A program made the position numbers and the translations under genes. Below, in pieces: positions 46,758-55,650 of a DNA stretch of 64,000 bases. The stretch comes from Myxococcota bacterium (GTDB taxonomy: Bacteria > Myxococcota_A > UBA796), in the NCBI GenBank assembly GCA_029251165.1, contig JAQXDW010000095.1:4423-68422 (forward strand), in the 5' to 3' direction. The notes below the pieces were generated by a model, which saw nothing but the letters and a program-made list of their open reading frames with translations, did no database searches and was not told the DNA's origin. Position 1 is the first letter of the stretch. Every line of letters begins with the position of its first letter.

Positions 46758-48349
46758 GACTGAGTGTCTGGGATCTCGCAGCGCTGGCCGTTGTGGTTGC
46801 GGTTGCCGTCGCACAGGTCTCTTTTTTATTGGCAGACGGACGCATCCCGAGCGATCCAGGTTTGTATTACCGAGATCTACCTCAGCGCTATGCCGACTGG
46901 CAGGCCCTGGACTTCTCCGCGATCTTGACCGGACTGATTGACTCAACGGGCTGGTACAACGCCCTGATCGCACTTGTGATGGTGTGCTTTGGGGTCAGTC
47001 CAGAGCTGTTCGCGATATTCGGCGTGCTCTGGGTCACCCTCATCCTGATGGGGGTCGGGCTGATCGCCCGCCGGCTCCACAGCCCGCATGCGGGACTGGC
47101 GGCAGTGTCCTTGACTGCGGCGATGCCGGCGATCTTCCTGATGGGGCGGACCGCCTGGATTCACACTCCAGAGACCGCGATGATCCTCCTGCTGGTGGCG
47201 GTGTGGTGCCACGATCGCACCCTGGAGCGTCGCCGGACGGTGGTGGCGATGGCGCTGCTGGGCGTGCTCACGGTGGCGCTGCGCCCCTCGGGAGTGATCT
47301 GGGTGGGCCTGCTCACTCCGCTGCTGATCCTGGGCTCCCCGCGTCGGTGGCTGCGCATCCTCGCCGTGGCGCTGCCCTGGATGCTGTCGCTGGCGGTTCC
47401 CCTGAGCAACGCCGAGCGCTACATACTCGCCAAGGCTCAGGCCCGAGAGCGCTACGCCGAGCAGCTCCCGGATCTCATGGTGCAGATCATTGCCCTGGTC
47501 GGTCACCTGCCGCTTGGGCTGGTCGGCGTGGGTCTCGTCGCTGGTGGGATCTCGCTGCTTGTCCGTCGGCCGAAGACGCTGGAGTCGATGGTGTTCGTGC
47601 TGCTGCTGTGGCCGGGAGGGGCGCTGCTGCTGTGGGCGGCGTTCAAGACCGGCCTCGACAACTTCCCGCTCATCGCGCCGGGGCTTGCCATCCTTGCAGC
47701 CTGGGGACTGGCTCGGCTGGCGCGTCCGCTCGTGCTGGTGACGGTGCCGGTGTTTCTGCTCGTCTACATCCCCCAGTGGATTCCCACGGCCTCCCTCATG
47801 GGGCTGCACCGCATTCCCGGCGCCGGGCTGTACCTCCACGGCAGCGACATCAAGAACCACTACCGGGTCTACCAGCGGTATGGATGGGCAGACCTGAAGG
47901 CCCTCATTGCTGCGACGTGTGGCGAGGAGCAGTGCATCATCGCCATCGATCAGGGGCTGCTGGAGCCGTTCAGCGAGGACATCGGCGCCCTGGAGCTGTT
48001 CCTGGCCCAGGCCCGCACGGTCGAGCTGGTCACCATCCGCCACGGCACGCTCCATCCCAGCCTCGACATCGACGCCCTGGTGGAGTTTCACTGTGACTCT
48101 CAGGCCGATCGCCAGTGGCGTCAGCGGTTCCCGGACAGCATCGACAACCTCACCACGATCCTGGACGACTATGCCCTCCAGCCTGCGTGGAGCCGGCTGG
48201 TGCGCGATGGCTGCGAGGTGATCTGGATGACCCCTGATGGTGGGCTGCTCGATCCCGACGCGATGCCCGAGACCGGACTGCGCATCCTGCCGATCGCTCC
48301 GAAGCCGCCAGAGCGGAACGGCGGAGCGGTGGTGCCGTCATTTCCGTAG
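46754..48349 (+). CDS. GT-C/ArnT-PMT-like membrane glycosyltransferase
   Basis: About 11 TMs; early PSD loop; soluble C-terminal domain; TTGA overlap with the sulfatase. Confidence 0.6.
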   Translation: MRLSVWDLAALAVVVAVAVAQVSFLLADGRIPSDPGLYYRDLPQRYADWQALDFSAILTGLIDSTGWYNALIALVMVCFGVSPELFAIFGVLWVTLILMGVGLIARRLHSPHAGLAAVSLTAAMPAIFLMGRTAWIHTPETAMILLLVAVWCHDRTLERRRTVVAMALLGVLTVALRPSGVIWVGLLTPLLILGSPRRWLRILAVALPWMLSLAVPLSNAERYILAKAQARERYAEQLPDLMVQIIALVGHLPLGLVGVGLVAGGISLLVRRPKTLESMVFVLLLWPGGALLLWAAFKTGLDNFPLIAPGLAILAAWGLARLARPLVLVTVPVFLLVYIPQWIPTASLMGLHRIPGAGLYLHGSDIKNHYRVYQRYGWADLKALIAATCGEEQCIIAIDQGLLEPFSEDIGALELFLAQARTVELVTIRHGTLHPSLDIDALVEFHCDSQADRQWRQRFPDSIDNLTTILDDYALQPAWSRLVRDGCEVIWMTPDGGLLDPDAMPETGLRILPIAPKPPERNGGAVVPSFP

Positions 48350-49696
48350 GCGGCCAGCGATCAGCGGGGTGGCATCGGGGACGGAGAGTGCGGCGGCTGC
48401 GGAGCGATCCTGAGCGGAGAGGATGCGCGCTGCCGTCCATCGAACGACCTCTGGGGCGGCGGTGTCCTGGATGACACGCGCGAAGAAGTCCGCCGGCGGT
48501 GAGGAATTCTTCAGGCGTCCGGAGGCCTCCAGGATGGCGAGCATGCGGTCGATGTTCGGGTCTGGATCAGTGGCCCGGCGGCTGTCTCCGGTGCAGTAGA
48601 TCGCGGGGATGGTGTCCTCGTGGGCCTGGTCCTCGGGCCAGAAGTCGGGGCGCTTTCGAGAGGTCGGGCGGTGGGTCTTGCCATCGGACTCTGGAGGGGT
48701 CTGACGGGCGAGGGTGGACTGGAGGGCGGCGCTCAGCGCGTCGAGTGAGACCGACCAGTCGGTGCGACGCTCCAGCATCCGATAGGCTGCGGCGAGCCGG
48801 ATGTGGGGCTGGGCCGCTTCGGGCAGCACCGCCGCGAGCTGGCCGGTGATCTCGTCAGCGTGGAAGTACGCCTGCCAGGTCCATGATGCCCACATCCGAT
48901 CGGCGTATAGCCCGCCGAGCTCTCCGCCTCCGACGGCTGCGGAGAAGTCCGCCGCAGCCTGCCGTGCCGCCTCGATGTCTGCCGCTGAGAAGCCGTCGGC
49001 GGGCGGGATGTCGGGCATGGCGAGGGTGAGGGTGTGGTGGAGGCAGCCGTGCACAAAAGACTGTGTCGCGACGCACAGCGTCACCGCCTGGGCCCACTGC
49101 GAGGAGCGCTTCGTCCGAGCGATGGCCTCGGCGGTCTCAAACAGGCACTCCCAGTAGGTCTCCTCCAGGCTCGACACACCGGATCGACAGATCGCTCCGG
49201 CGGTCTCCAGATCTCCCGCCAGGGCGGTGAGGGTGGCCTTCTCGGTGACGCAGGTCGTGTCCTTGCCGCACTCCCCGAGCGCGATCTTCTGGCGGCGAAG
49301 CCAGGAGGCCGGCTCTGCACGGGGGGGCAGGAGGATGTTTCGAGACGGGCCCCCGCCTGGGCGGGGTGTGAACGCGGTGACCTGCCGGTTCTTGCTCTGG
49401 GTGAGGTGCGGACGGGCCTTGATCCGGGTGCAGTGTTGTCCACCGGGGCTGTCTGCCGGCAGCGCCCCGCAGATCGTGGGCTGCTGCTGAGGATGGCTGG
49501 TGAGCAGGAACTGCACGAGGGTCTGCTGCTCGATGGGATCGAGGCCGGGCAGGGAGGCGAGCACGACATCGGGCTCGGTCTGCCAGGACTGCGCCAGGAT
49601 CTCATGGCGACACATCGGGTCGGGGCAGGCGGTCCAGGCGGAGGCGGGCTCGGGGGCAGGGGCGTCGGTGCAGCCGAGGAGAAGGGACAGGAGCAT
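48338..49696 (-). CDS. Cys-rich helical lipoprotein
   Basis: MLLSLLLGC; multiple Cys pairs; RPHL motif. Confidence 0.7.
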   Translation of the reverse strand: MLLSLLLGCTDAPAPEPASAWTACPDPMCRHEILAQSWQTEPDVVLASLPGLDPIEQQTLVQFLLTSHPQQQPTICGALPADSPGGQHCTRIKARPHLTQSKNRQVTAFTPRPGGGPSRNILLPPRAEPASWLRRQKIALGECGKDTTCVTEKATLTALAGDLETAGAICRSGVSSLEETYWECLFETAEAIARTKRSSQWAQAVTLCVATQSFVHGCLHHTLTLAMPDIPPADGFSAADIEAARQAAADFSAAVGGGELGGLYADRMWASWTWQAYFHADEITGQLAAVLPEAAQPHIRLAAAYRMLERRTDWSVSLDALSAALQSTLARQTPPESDGKTHRPTSRKRPDFWPEDQAHEDTIPAIYCTGDSRRATDPDPNIDRMLAILEASGRLKNSSPPADFFARVIQDTAAPEVVRWTAARILSAQDRSAAAALSVPDATPLIAGRLRK

Positions 49697-49871
49697 AGTG
49701 ACCCCATCGTGCCACATCCCGGCGCGCGTGCCAGCGCAGAGGGCTGTCGCAGGCGCCAGGCTCGCGCGTGTGTCCAAGGGGGCCGCTCCGCTGAGGAGGC
49801 GCGGCTGTCGGCAGGCGAAGGCCTCTGCGCCGCTCCACTGGGTTCGATCCGCTGGGACCGCGCGGCGCTCG

Positions 49872-50435
49872 CTACTGGCGGATGCCCTCCAGGCTGATCG
49901 TCAGCTCAATGGGGCCGGGAATGCTGTCGGTCATCTCGGTCATGCCGTAGTCGGCGCGCTCGATGGAGACCGTCGTGTGGAAGCCCGCGCGGTGTCCTCC
50001 CCAGGGGTCGCTGCCCTCGCCGGTCGCCGTCAGATCGACCGTGATCTCTCGGCTCACGCCGTGCAGGGTGAGGGTTCCAGTGACGGCGTAGACCCCGCCG
50101 CTCTTGTCGGAGACGCTGGCGGAGACGAAGGTGATCTCCGGATGCTGCGCGGCGTCGAAGAAGTCCGGTCCGCGGAGGTGCTGATCCCGCTTGTCCTGGT
50201 CGGTGTCTACGCTGTCGGCCTGGACGACGAGGGACAGGCTCAGCGCGGTCGGTGTGCTGCGGTCCCAGTTGAAGTGACCGGAGATCGTATTGAACCGACC
50301 ATAGGTGTAGGACACGCCGAGGTGGCTGGCCTTGAAGATGACCGCTGAGTGGTCATCGTCGATGCTGTAGGGGGCAGCAGCAGCAGCGCCGCCACCCAGC
50401 AGGGCAGCGGCGAGTACAGCGAGCGCAGTGAGCAT
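49872..50435 (-). CDS. yceI: YceI-family polyisoprenoid-binding protein
   Basis: YSIDDDHSAVIFKASHLG...GRF, SVDT...RDQHLRGPDFFDAAQHPEITFVS, GTLTLHGVS, DPWG. Confidence 0.9.
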   Translation of the reverse strand: MLTALAVLAAALLGGGAAAAAPYSIDDDHSAVIFKASHLGVSYTYGRFNTISGHFNWDRSTPTALSLSLVVQADSVDTDQDKRDQHLRGPDFFDAAQHPEITFVSASVSDKSGGVYAVTGTLTLHGVSREITVDLTATGEGSDPWGGHRAGFHTTVSIERADYGMTEMTDSIPGPIELTISLEGIRQ

Positions 50436-50521
50436 GGGGTCCCTCGACGGGTGGTGGTGACCGCATCTTATCGAAGACGCCCACCAGCCTGCCTCAGGCC
50501 CCTGTCAGTCTCAGCCCTTGA

Positions 50522-51004
50522 CTACAGCTCCATCGTCCATGGCACGGAGAGGTGACCATCATCATCGATGAGCGTGAACTCGACGACGTAGCCGGTGGAG
50601 GACTCACACCAGAGGTCGTAGTCCCGCTCTCGCCAGAAGGTCGTGCACTTTCCGGTGCCACAGTAGAGCGTCTCGGCGAACATGAACTCGCCGTCTGGGT
50701 TGTAGACATTGATGCCTTCGAAGGCGTTGTCAATGTTGGGATCACCCTGAGGATCTTCAAAATCAACCGCTGCGACCCAGCGGTAACCGTTCTCCCCTCA
50801 ACAATCGACGTAGTCACACCAGGCGTCAGCAGACAGAATCTGCGGAGCATCCGGGTGATCATCTACAACCTCTGAGTAGTTGTTGTTGTCCTGTCCGGAC
50901 ATGTTGCTAATGTTGATGGCCGTCTCGTCATCATCATCTTCGAAGTCACTTCCGCGACCGCAACCGATGAGAAGGAGTCCGCCCAAGAGGGCTAGTCTTT
51001 CCAT
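50522..51004 (-). CDS. 160-codon lipoprotein with in-frame TGA at codon 69 (candidate selenoprotein, otherwise pseudogene)
   Basis: GGAGG RBS, MERLALLGGLLLIGC; ...AWCDYVDC-TGA-GENGYRWVAAVDFEDPQG... stays open for 91 more codons to TAG at 50524-50522. Confidence 0.7.
50766..50784 (-). promoter_or_regulatory. SECIS-like stem-loop
   Basis: ACCGCUG-GGUCG-CAGCGGU (7-bp stem) begins 13 nt after the in-frame UGA. Confidence 0.5.
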
Positions 51005-51170
51005 TGGAGAACCTCCAGAGATTCTCGGACAGCGTACCCTGGAATCGGCCAATCAAGGCGATATCTTCCGTAAGATACGTGTCAGCAGGCGGGAGCAGGA
51101 GGTCCGCTCGCTCCCGAGGTTATCCCCACGTTCTCTGCTCAGTCGTGCAATCTCGCTGCTCGCTGGACTC

Positions 51171-52412
51171 TCAGTACAGCGCGAACGGCAGGACGATCTT
51201 TTCGTCAATTTCGCTTGAAAATCGCCAAGAATAAGCCCGCAGAACGATGCACTTCTCCAGGGCATCGTCCCCGGTGGTGTTGGCGTTGACCTCCGCCATC
51301 ACGACCCGACCGCCGAGGATGTCCACCTCGACCTCGAGGCGACCGGAGAGGGTGGGATCGTCGCGGAGGCGGCGCTCATAGCAGGATCGGATCTGGCGCT
51401 GGTAGTCTCGGACCTGATCGCGGATGGCGGCGGACGGCGCCCCCCTGCGGGGTGCGTGGGTGATCGGCTCTGGGAGCCACTGCTCTGGCTCTGGTCGGGT
51501 GAGCGGCGCGGCGGCGATGAGCACCTCACCGACCTCAGCGCGATCGATCTGAACGGTGAGATCACCGATCCGGCTGCTGCTGCCTCGCGGGCCTTCCTGC
51601 TGGGTGAGGTCGACGTAGTCCTCGAGGCTCTCCAGGTCGGTCTGCCGAAGGAGGGCGATGATGTCGTTGGGGAGGTCAGGATCGGGGAGTCCACCAGCCT
51701 CGGGCTGATCGAGCATTAGCTCGCGGAGACGCTGGTCGAGGTTGCGGGGAGCCTCGCCAAACAGCCGCCCGCTCTCGCCGCCGGTCGGCTCCATGACATC
51801 GGCGACGGCATCCAGCTCTGGCGGCGGCGGCTGGTCTCCGTCGTCCTCATCGGGGGCGGGCGGGGTGGTGTCCATCGGAATGGAGACGAACCGGTCAGGG
51901 ATGTCGCTGAGCTGGACCCGATCTGGGATGGTGGTGCCCAGGGCAAACAGCACCAGCGCAGCCATGAGGGTCGAGAACAGCGACAGCGCGGCCAGCAGAG
52001 GGCCGGAGTCCGGCTCCAGCAGCCGGGGTCGGAACTGGCCGGAGCGGGGAAGCGCCTCGGGCGCTTCTTGGGTGAAGGTGACGTCGAGGGTCAGCCCGCC
52101 GAGCCGAAGCTCCAGCCGATCCGCAGCCGTCAGCGGCAGCCGTCCCCCCGGTCTCCAGAGGCTGCTCAGCTCTCGGCAGCCGTCGCCGCGCCAGAGGGTT
52201 CCCTCCAGGGCCGCCGACAGCTGGAGCTGGTGCCCGTCATCTCCTGCAGTGATGAGGGTGTGGGAGTCGGAGAGGCCCGGAAGTGAGAAGGTGTCCGTCG
52301 GCCTCGGCCCCAGGATCACGTGCTCGGTCAGCGGCAGCCGGCGCACGCTGTCAGGCCCATCCCCGGTGCGGAGGGTGAGCTTTAGAGCACGAGGCTGGTG
52401 GTGGGGACTCAT
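51171..52412 (-). CDS. AgmX/PglI C-terminal (TonB-C-like) domain membrane protein, GltG-like
   Basis: N-terminal FHA-like beta region, one TM, Pro/acidic linker, C-terminal QIRSCYERRLRDDPTLSGRL...CI....W.F...PF. Confidence 0.75.
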   Translation of the reverse strand: MSPHHQPRALKLTLRTGDGPDSVRRLPLTEHVILGPRPTDTFSLPGLSDSHTLITAGDDGHQLQLSAALEGTLWRGDGCRELSSLWRPGGRLPLTAADRLELRLGGLTLDVTFTQEAPEALPRSGQFRPRLLEPDSGPLLAALSLFSTLMAALVLFALGTTIPDRVQLSDIPDRFVSIPMDTTPPAPDEDDGDQPPPPELDAVADVMEPTGGESGRLFGEAPRNLDQRLRELMLDQPEAGGLPDPDLPNDIIALLRQTDLESLEDYVDLTQQEGPRGSSSRIGDLTVQIDRAEVGEVLIAAAPLTRPEPEQWLPEPITHAPRRGAPSAAIRDQVRDYQRQIRSCYERRLRDDPTLSGRLEVEVDILGGRVVMAEVNANTTGDDALEKCIVLRAYSWRFSSEIDEKIVLPFALY

Positions 52413-52585
52413 CTGGACTCTATGGGACTCTCGATCGATCGGATCGGTTCAGAAATCCTGGACTTGAATTCTTTGTGCGCCGACGAGCGAGTATAGACAA
52501 CCCGCTCGGTTGTCTTCATTCTCTGCGGAGTCTCTTCAGATCTCAAGCCCTGTTCGGATAGATGGGCTCCCGCTGCTGGCCGCGA

Positions 52586-53191
52586 TCAGTTGCTCGGAGC
52601 GTCTCGGCTGGACTCCCAGTTCTGGTACAGCATCCGGGACCGCTCCAGCTCTGCGGGGGTCATGGTCTCTTCGAGAGACTCCTTGACCTTCTTGGCCCGC
52701 TCGTTCTCGACGGGGGTGCAGCGCTGCTGGGAGATCGAGAACCACATGTGGGCGACGGGGTAGTCCTGCTCGACGCCGCGACCGTAGACGTAGCGGACGC
52801 CGAGGTTGAACCGGGCTCCGAAGTGCCCGCCCTCGGCAGCCCTGCGGTACCAGTCCAGCGAGGTCTCGTCGTTCTGCTCGACACCGCGACCCTGGGAGTA
52901 CATGAAGCCGATGTTGTTCATCGCCCATGGATCGCCCTTGTCGGCGGCCCACTGGTACCAGCGCATCGCCTCGGAGTAGTCCTGCTCGACGCCGCGGCCG
53001 TGGTCGTAGAGCACGCCGATGTTGTAGTGCGCCTCGACCACGCCTTGCTCTGCCGCAGCCCGGTACCAGCGCATTGCCTCGTCGAAGTCCTGGGGCGCGC
53101 CGATGCCGTTGTCGTAGTGCTGCCCGAGCTTGAACTGAGCCTCGGGGTTGCCTTCCTGTGCCATGGCCTTGATGTGATCGAGGGTATCCAT
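52586..53191 (-). CDS. Sel1-repeat protein
   Basis: Four AQF.LG.Y..G.GV.QD..EA..WY..AA..G repeats. Confidence 0.92.
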   Translation of the reverse strand: MDTLDHIKAMAQEGNPEAQFKLGQHYDNGIGAPQDFDEAMRWYRAAAEQGVVEAHYNIGVLYDHGRGVEQDYSEAMRWYQWAADKGDPWAMNNIGFMYSQGRGVEQNDETSLDWYRRAAEGGHFGARFNLGVRYVYGRGVEQDYPVAHMWFSISQQRCTPVENERAKKVKESLEETMTPAELERSRMLYQNWESSRDAPSN

Positions 53192-53222
53192 TGGGGTCTC
53201 CGGGGGTGCGGTGGATCTTAGC

Positions 53223-54803
53223 TCAGAGGGGCTCGACCTCATGCAGTTCTAGACCCGGGGCGTTCTGGAGGGCGAAGTTCATCGGCCAGAGGCTGTCGGA
53301 GAGGAGAACGGGCTGGTCGTTGCGATCGCGGAGGACGGGGTAGTCGCGACGATCCTCCAGCCACTTCAGGGCCTCCTCAGAGCCGCTGATCCAGCGGGCA
53401 TACTGATAGGACAGCCGCTCCAGGATGCACTTGACCCGGTACTCATTGAGCAGCCGCTCCTTGAGGACTTCAAACTGGAGCACGCCGACCGCGCCGAGGT
53501 AGGGCGCCTGTCGACCGACATCGGGACGGTAGAAGAGCTGGATGACGCCCTCGTGGGCGAGCTGAGTCAGCCCGGCATCGAGCTGCTTGCGCTTCATCGG
53601 ATCCTTGAGGATGACCCGCGCGAAGTGCTCCGGAGCAAACCGGGGGATCCCGTCATACGCCAGCCGACGACTGACCGCGAGGGTGTCTCCGATCCGGAGC
53701 TTGCCCGGATCGTACAGGCCGACGATGTCACCGGGAAAGGCCTCCTCGACGATGCTGCGCTCCTGCGCCATGAAGGTGTGAGGGTTGGAGAGCCGGAGCT
53801 GCTCTCCGGAGCGGCCGATGGTGACATCGATGCCGCGGGTGAACTGCCCGCTGACCACCCGCATGAACGCCACCCGGTCTCGGTGACGGGGGTTCATGTT
53901 CGCTTGGATCTTAAAGATAAAGCCGGTGAATTCGTCATCATCAGGCCGGATCTCTTCGCCGTCGCTCGTCATGCGAGAGCCTGGTGAGGCCGACTCCGCT
54001 GCGACGAACTTCAGCAGCGGCTCGACGCCAAAGTTGGTCAGGGCGCTGCCCCAGAAGATCGGAGACAGCTCACCCGCGAAGAACTCCTCCTCGGTGAACG
54101 GATCCCCGGCTCCCTCCAGCAGCTCCAGCTCTTCGAGGACCTCGTTGTAGACCTTGCTGCCCAGGCGCTCCTCGGCATCGTCGAGGTGCATGGTCTCGGT
54201 GGTGAGGACGCTGGCGCCCTTGTCTCCGCCAGAGAACAGCAGGACCTGGCGGGTGCGCAGATCGACGACGCCCTGGAACTCCTTGCCCATTCCGATCGGC
54301 CAGTTGATCGGAGCGACCCGGAGGTTGAGGGTGGAGGAGATGTCCTCGAGGAGGTCGAGGGGGTCGAGGCCGGGGCGGTCCAGCTTGTTCATGAAGGTGA
54401 TCATGGGCAGGTTGCGCATCCGGCAGACCTCGAAGAGCTTGCGCGTCCGAGACTCGACTCCCTTGGAGTGATCCACCAGCATCACCGCGCTGTCGACGGC
54501 GGCGAGGACCCGGTAGGTGTCCTCGGAGAAGTCCGCGTGGCCGGGGGTGTCCAGCAGGTTGAGCGCTGCGTTCTCGTACTCGAACTGGAGCACCGAGGAG
54601 GTGATCGAGATCCCGCGCTCCTGCTCCAGCTTCATCCAGTCGCTGACCGCATGGCGGGAGGACTTCCGGGACTTGACCGATCCGGCGAGGTGGATGGCAC
54701 CGGAGTACAGCAGCAGCTTCTCGGTGAGGGTGGTCTTACCGGCATCGGGGTGCGAGATGATTCCGAACGTCCGGCGACGTCGGGCCTGCTCTGCGACGGA
54801 CAT
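53223..54803 (-). CDS. prfC: Peptide chain release factor 3
   Basis: RRRTFGIISHPDAGKTTLTEKLLL, SDWMKLEQERGISITSS, DTPGHADFSEDTYR, FKIQANMNPRHRDR, GAVGVLQFEV. Confidence 0.97.
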   Translation of the reverse strand: MSVAEQARRRRTFGIISHPDAGKTTLTEKLLLYSGAIHLAGSVKSRKSSRHAVSDWMKLEQERGISITSSVLQFEYENAALNLLDTPGHADFSEDTYRVLAAVDSAVMLVDHSKGVESRTRKLFEVCRMRNLPMITFMNKLDRPGLDPLDLLEDISSTLNLRVAPINWPIGMGKEFQGVVDLRTRQVLLFSGGDKGASVLTTETMHLDDAEERLGSKVYNEVLEELELLEGAGDPFTEEEFFAGELSPIFWGSALTNFGVEPLLKFVAAESASPGSRMTSDGEEIRPDDDEFTGFIFKIQANMNPRHRDRVAFMRVVSGQFTRGIDVTIGRSGEQLRLSNPHTFMAQERSIVEEAFPGDIVGLYDPGKLRIGDTLAVSRRLAYDGIPRFAPEHFARVILKDPMKRKQLDAGLTQLAHEGVIQLFYRPDVGRQAPYLGAVGVLQFEVLKERLLNEYRVKCILERLSYQYARWISGSEEALKWLEDRRDYPVLRDRNDQPVLLSDSLWPMNFALQNAPGLELHEVEPL

Positions 54804-54843
54804 GGCGCGCTCCTTGGTGGGCGGACTTAACCGCCGCCGGGGC

Positions 54844-55599
54844 TCACCGCTTCCGACGCCCCTTTCGGATCCCCTTCTCGGCTTCCTCCCGAATGAATCG
54901 GTTGACTCCGCCGGGCTGCTCGGCGAGGACCATCTCGACGATGTCGGGGCTGGAGACCGCCCAGGTGCGCATCACCCGGGCGACGGCCTTGCGGACATGG
55001 GGGTCGCGATCCTTCAGCGCACGGGGGAGCACGCCCTGGAGAAGGGCATCGATCGGCTCCTGGACGAACGCGACCTTCTTCTGCTTGAGCCGCGCCCGGA
55101 GCGCTGCTGCGGCAGGACCCTCGATGGGGATGGGCAGGGTGGCCATCAGCGCGATGACTGCGGTGCGGCGCCGGATCGGAGAGGACTCGGAGAGCAGCTC
55201 GTTGAGGTGCTCGACGAACGGCTCGCCGGTCGCCAGGAGGCCGGGGCCGAGCAAGAGCCAGCCGATGGCATCAGCGGTGTCGAGGTCATCAGCGACCTCC
55301 ATCCAGCGCTCGGCGAGGTCGAGGGCGGAGTCGGGGGCGTCAGGGAGCGCGGCGGCGGTCAGCCCGATCGCGACGAGGCCGTCTTCGTGGGCGGTCCGGA
55401 ACAGCCGCGCGAGCCCCTCGCAGTCCTGAGGCAGGGTCACGCCGTTGTTCTTCCAGGCAGACACCAGGACGGAGACAACCTCTCGGGAGGGCACCCCACG
55501 AAGCCCCTTGAGCGGTGAGATATGACGCGAGACCCGGCGGGCGTGGCCTTCATCGGCGACGGCTTCGAGCTGGGAAGAGATGGTCTGGGGACTGAGCAT
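54844..55599 (-). CDS. DNA alkylation repair (AlkD-like) HEAT-repeat protein
   Basis: LRGVP, LF...HED, W....D..DTAD, DRDPHVRKAVARVMR, RFIREEA.K. Confidence 0.65.
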   Translation of the reverse strand: MLSPQTISSQLEAVADEGHARRVSRHISPLKGLRGVPSREVVSVLVSAWKNNGVTLPQDCEGLARLFRTAHEDGLVAIGLTAAALPDAPDSALDLAERWMEVADDLDTADAIGWLLLGPGLLATGEPFVEHLNELLSESSPIRRRTAVIALMATLPIPIEGPAAAALRARLKQKKVAFVQEPIDALLQGVLPRALKDRDPHVRKAVARVMRTWAVSSPDIVEMVLAEQPGGVNRFIREEAEKGIRKGRRKR

Positions 55600-55650
55600 C
55601 GGTGTGGCTTATCACGATGGCTGCGCGCTATCCTAGAAGGAGGAGGGCCG

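Noticed and set aside
50798-50800. Genome-wide TGA reassignment (Trp/Gly) as the explanation for the in-frame stop
   Set aside because: Conserved genes here (menD, menF, menG, prfC) end at TGA at their expected C-termini.
50494-50862. 122-aa ORF from the track
   Set aside because: Wrong frame (Ser/Thr-rich). The read-through frame of the 51004 lipoprotein explains this region better.
52447-52463. GTTCAG-AAATC-CTGGAC as a second site for the men regulator
   Set aside because: Imperfect, single copy, and different half-site and spacing from the 7056-7094 motif.
53223-54803. Functional link between prfC and the nearby UGA read-through candidate
   Set aside because: Two unrelated genes separate them; proximity alone is not evidence.
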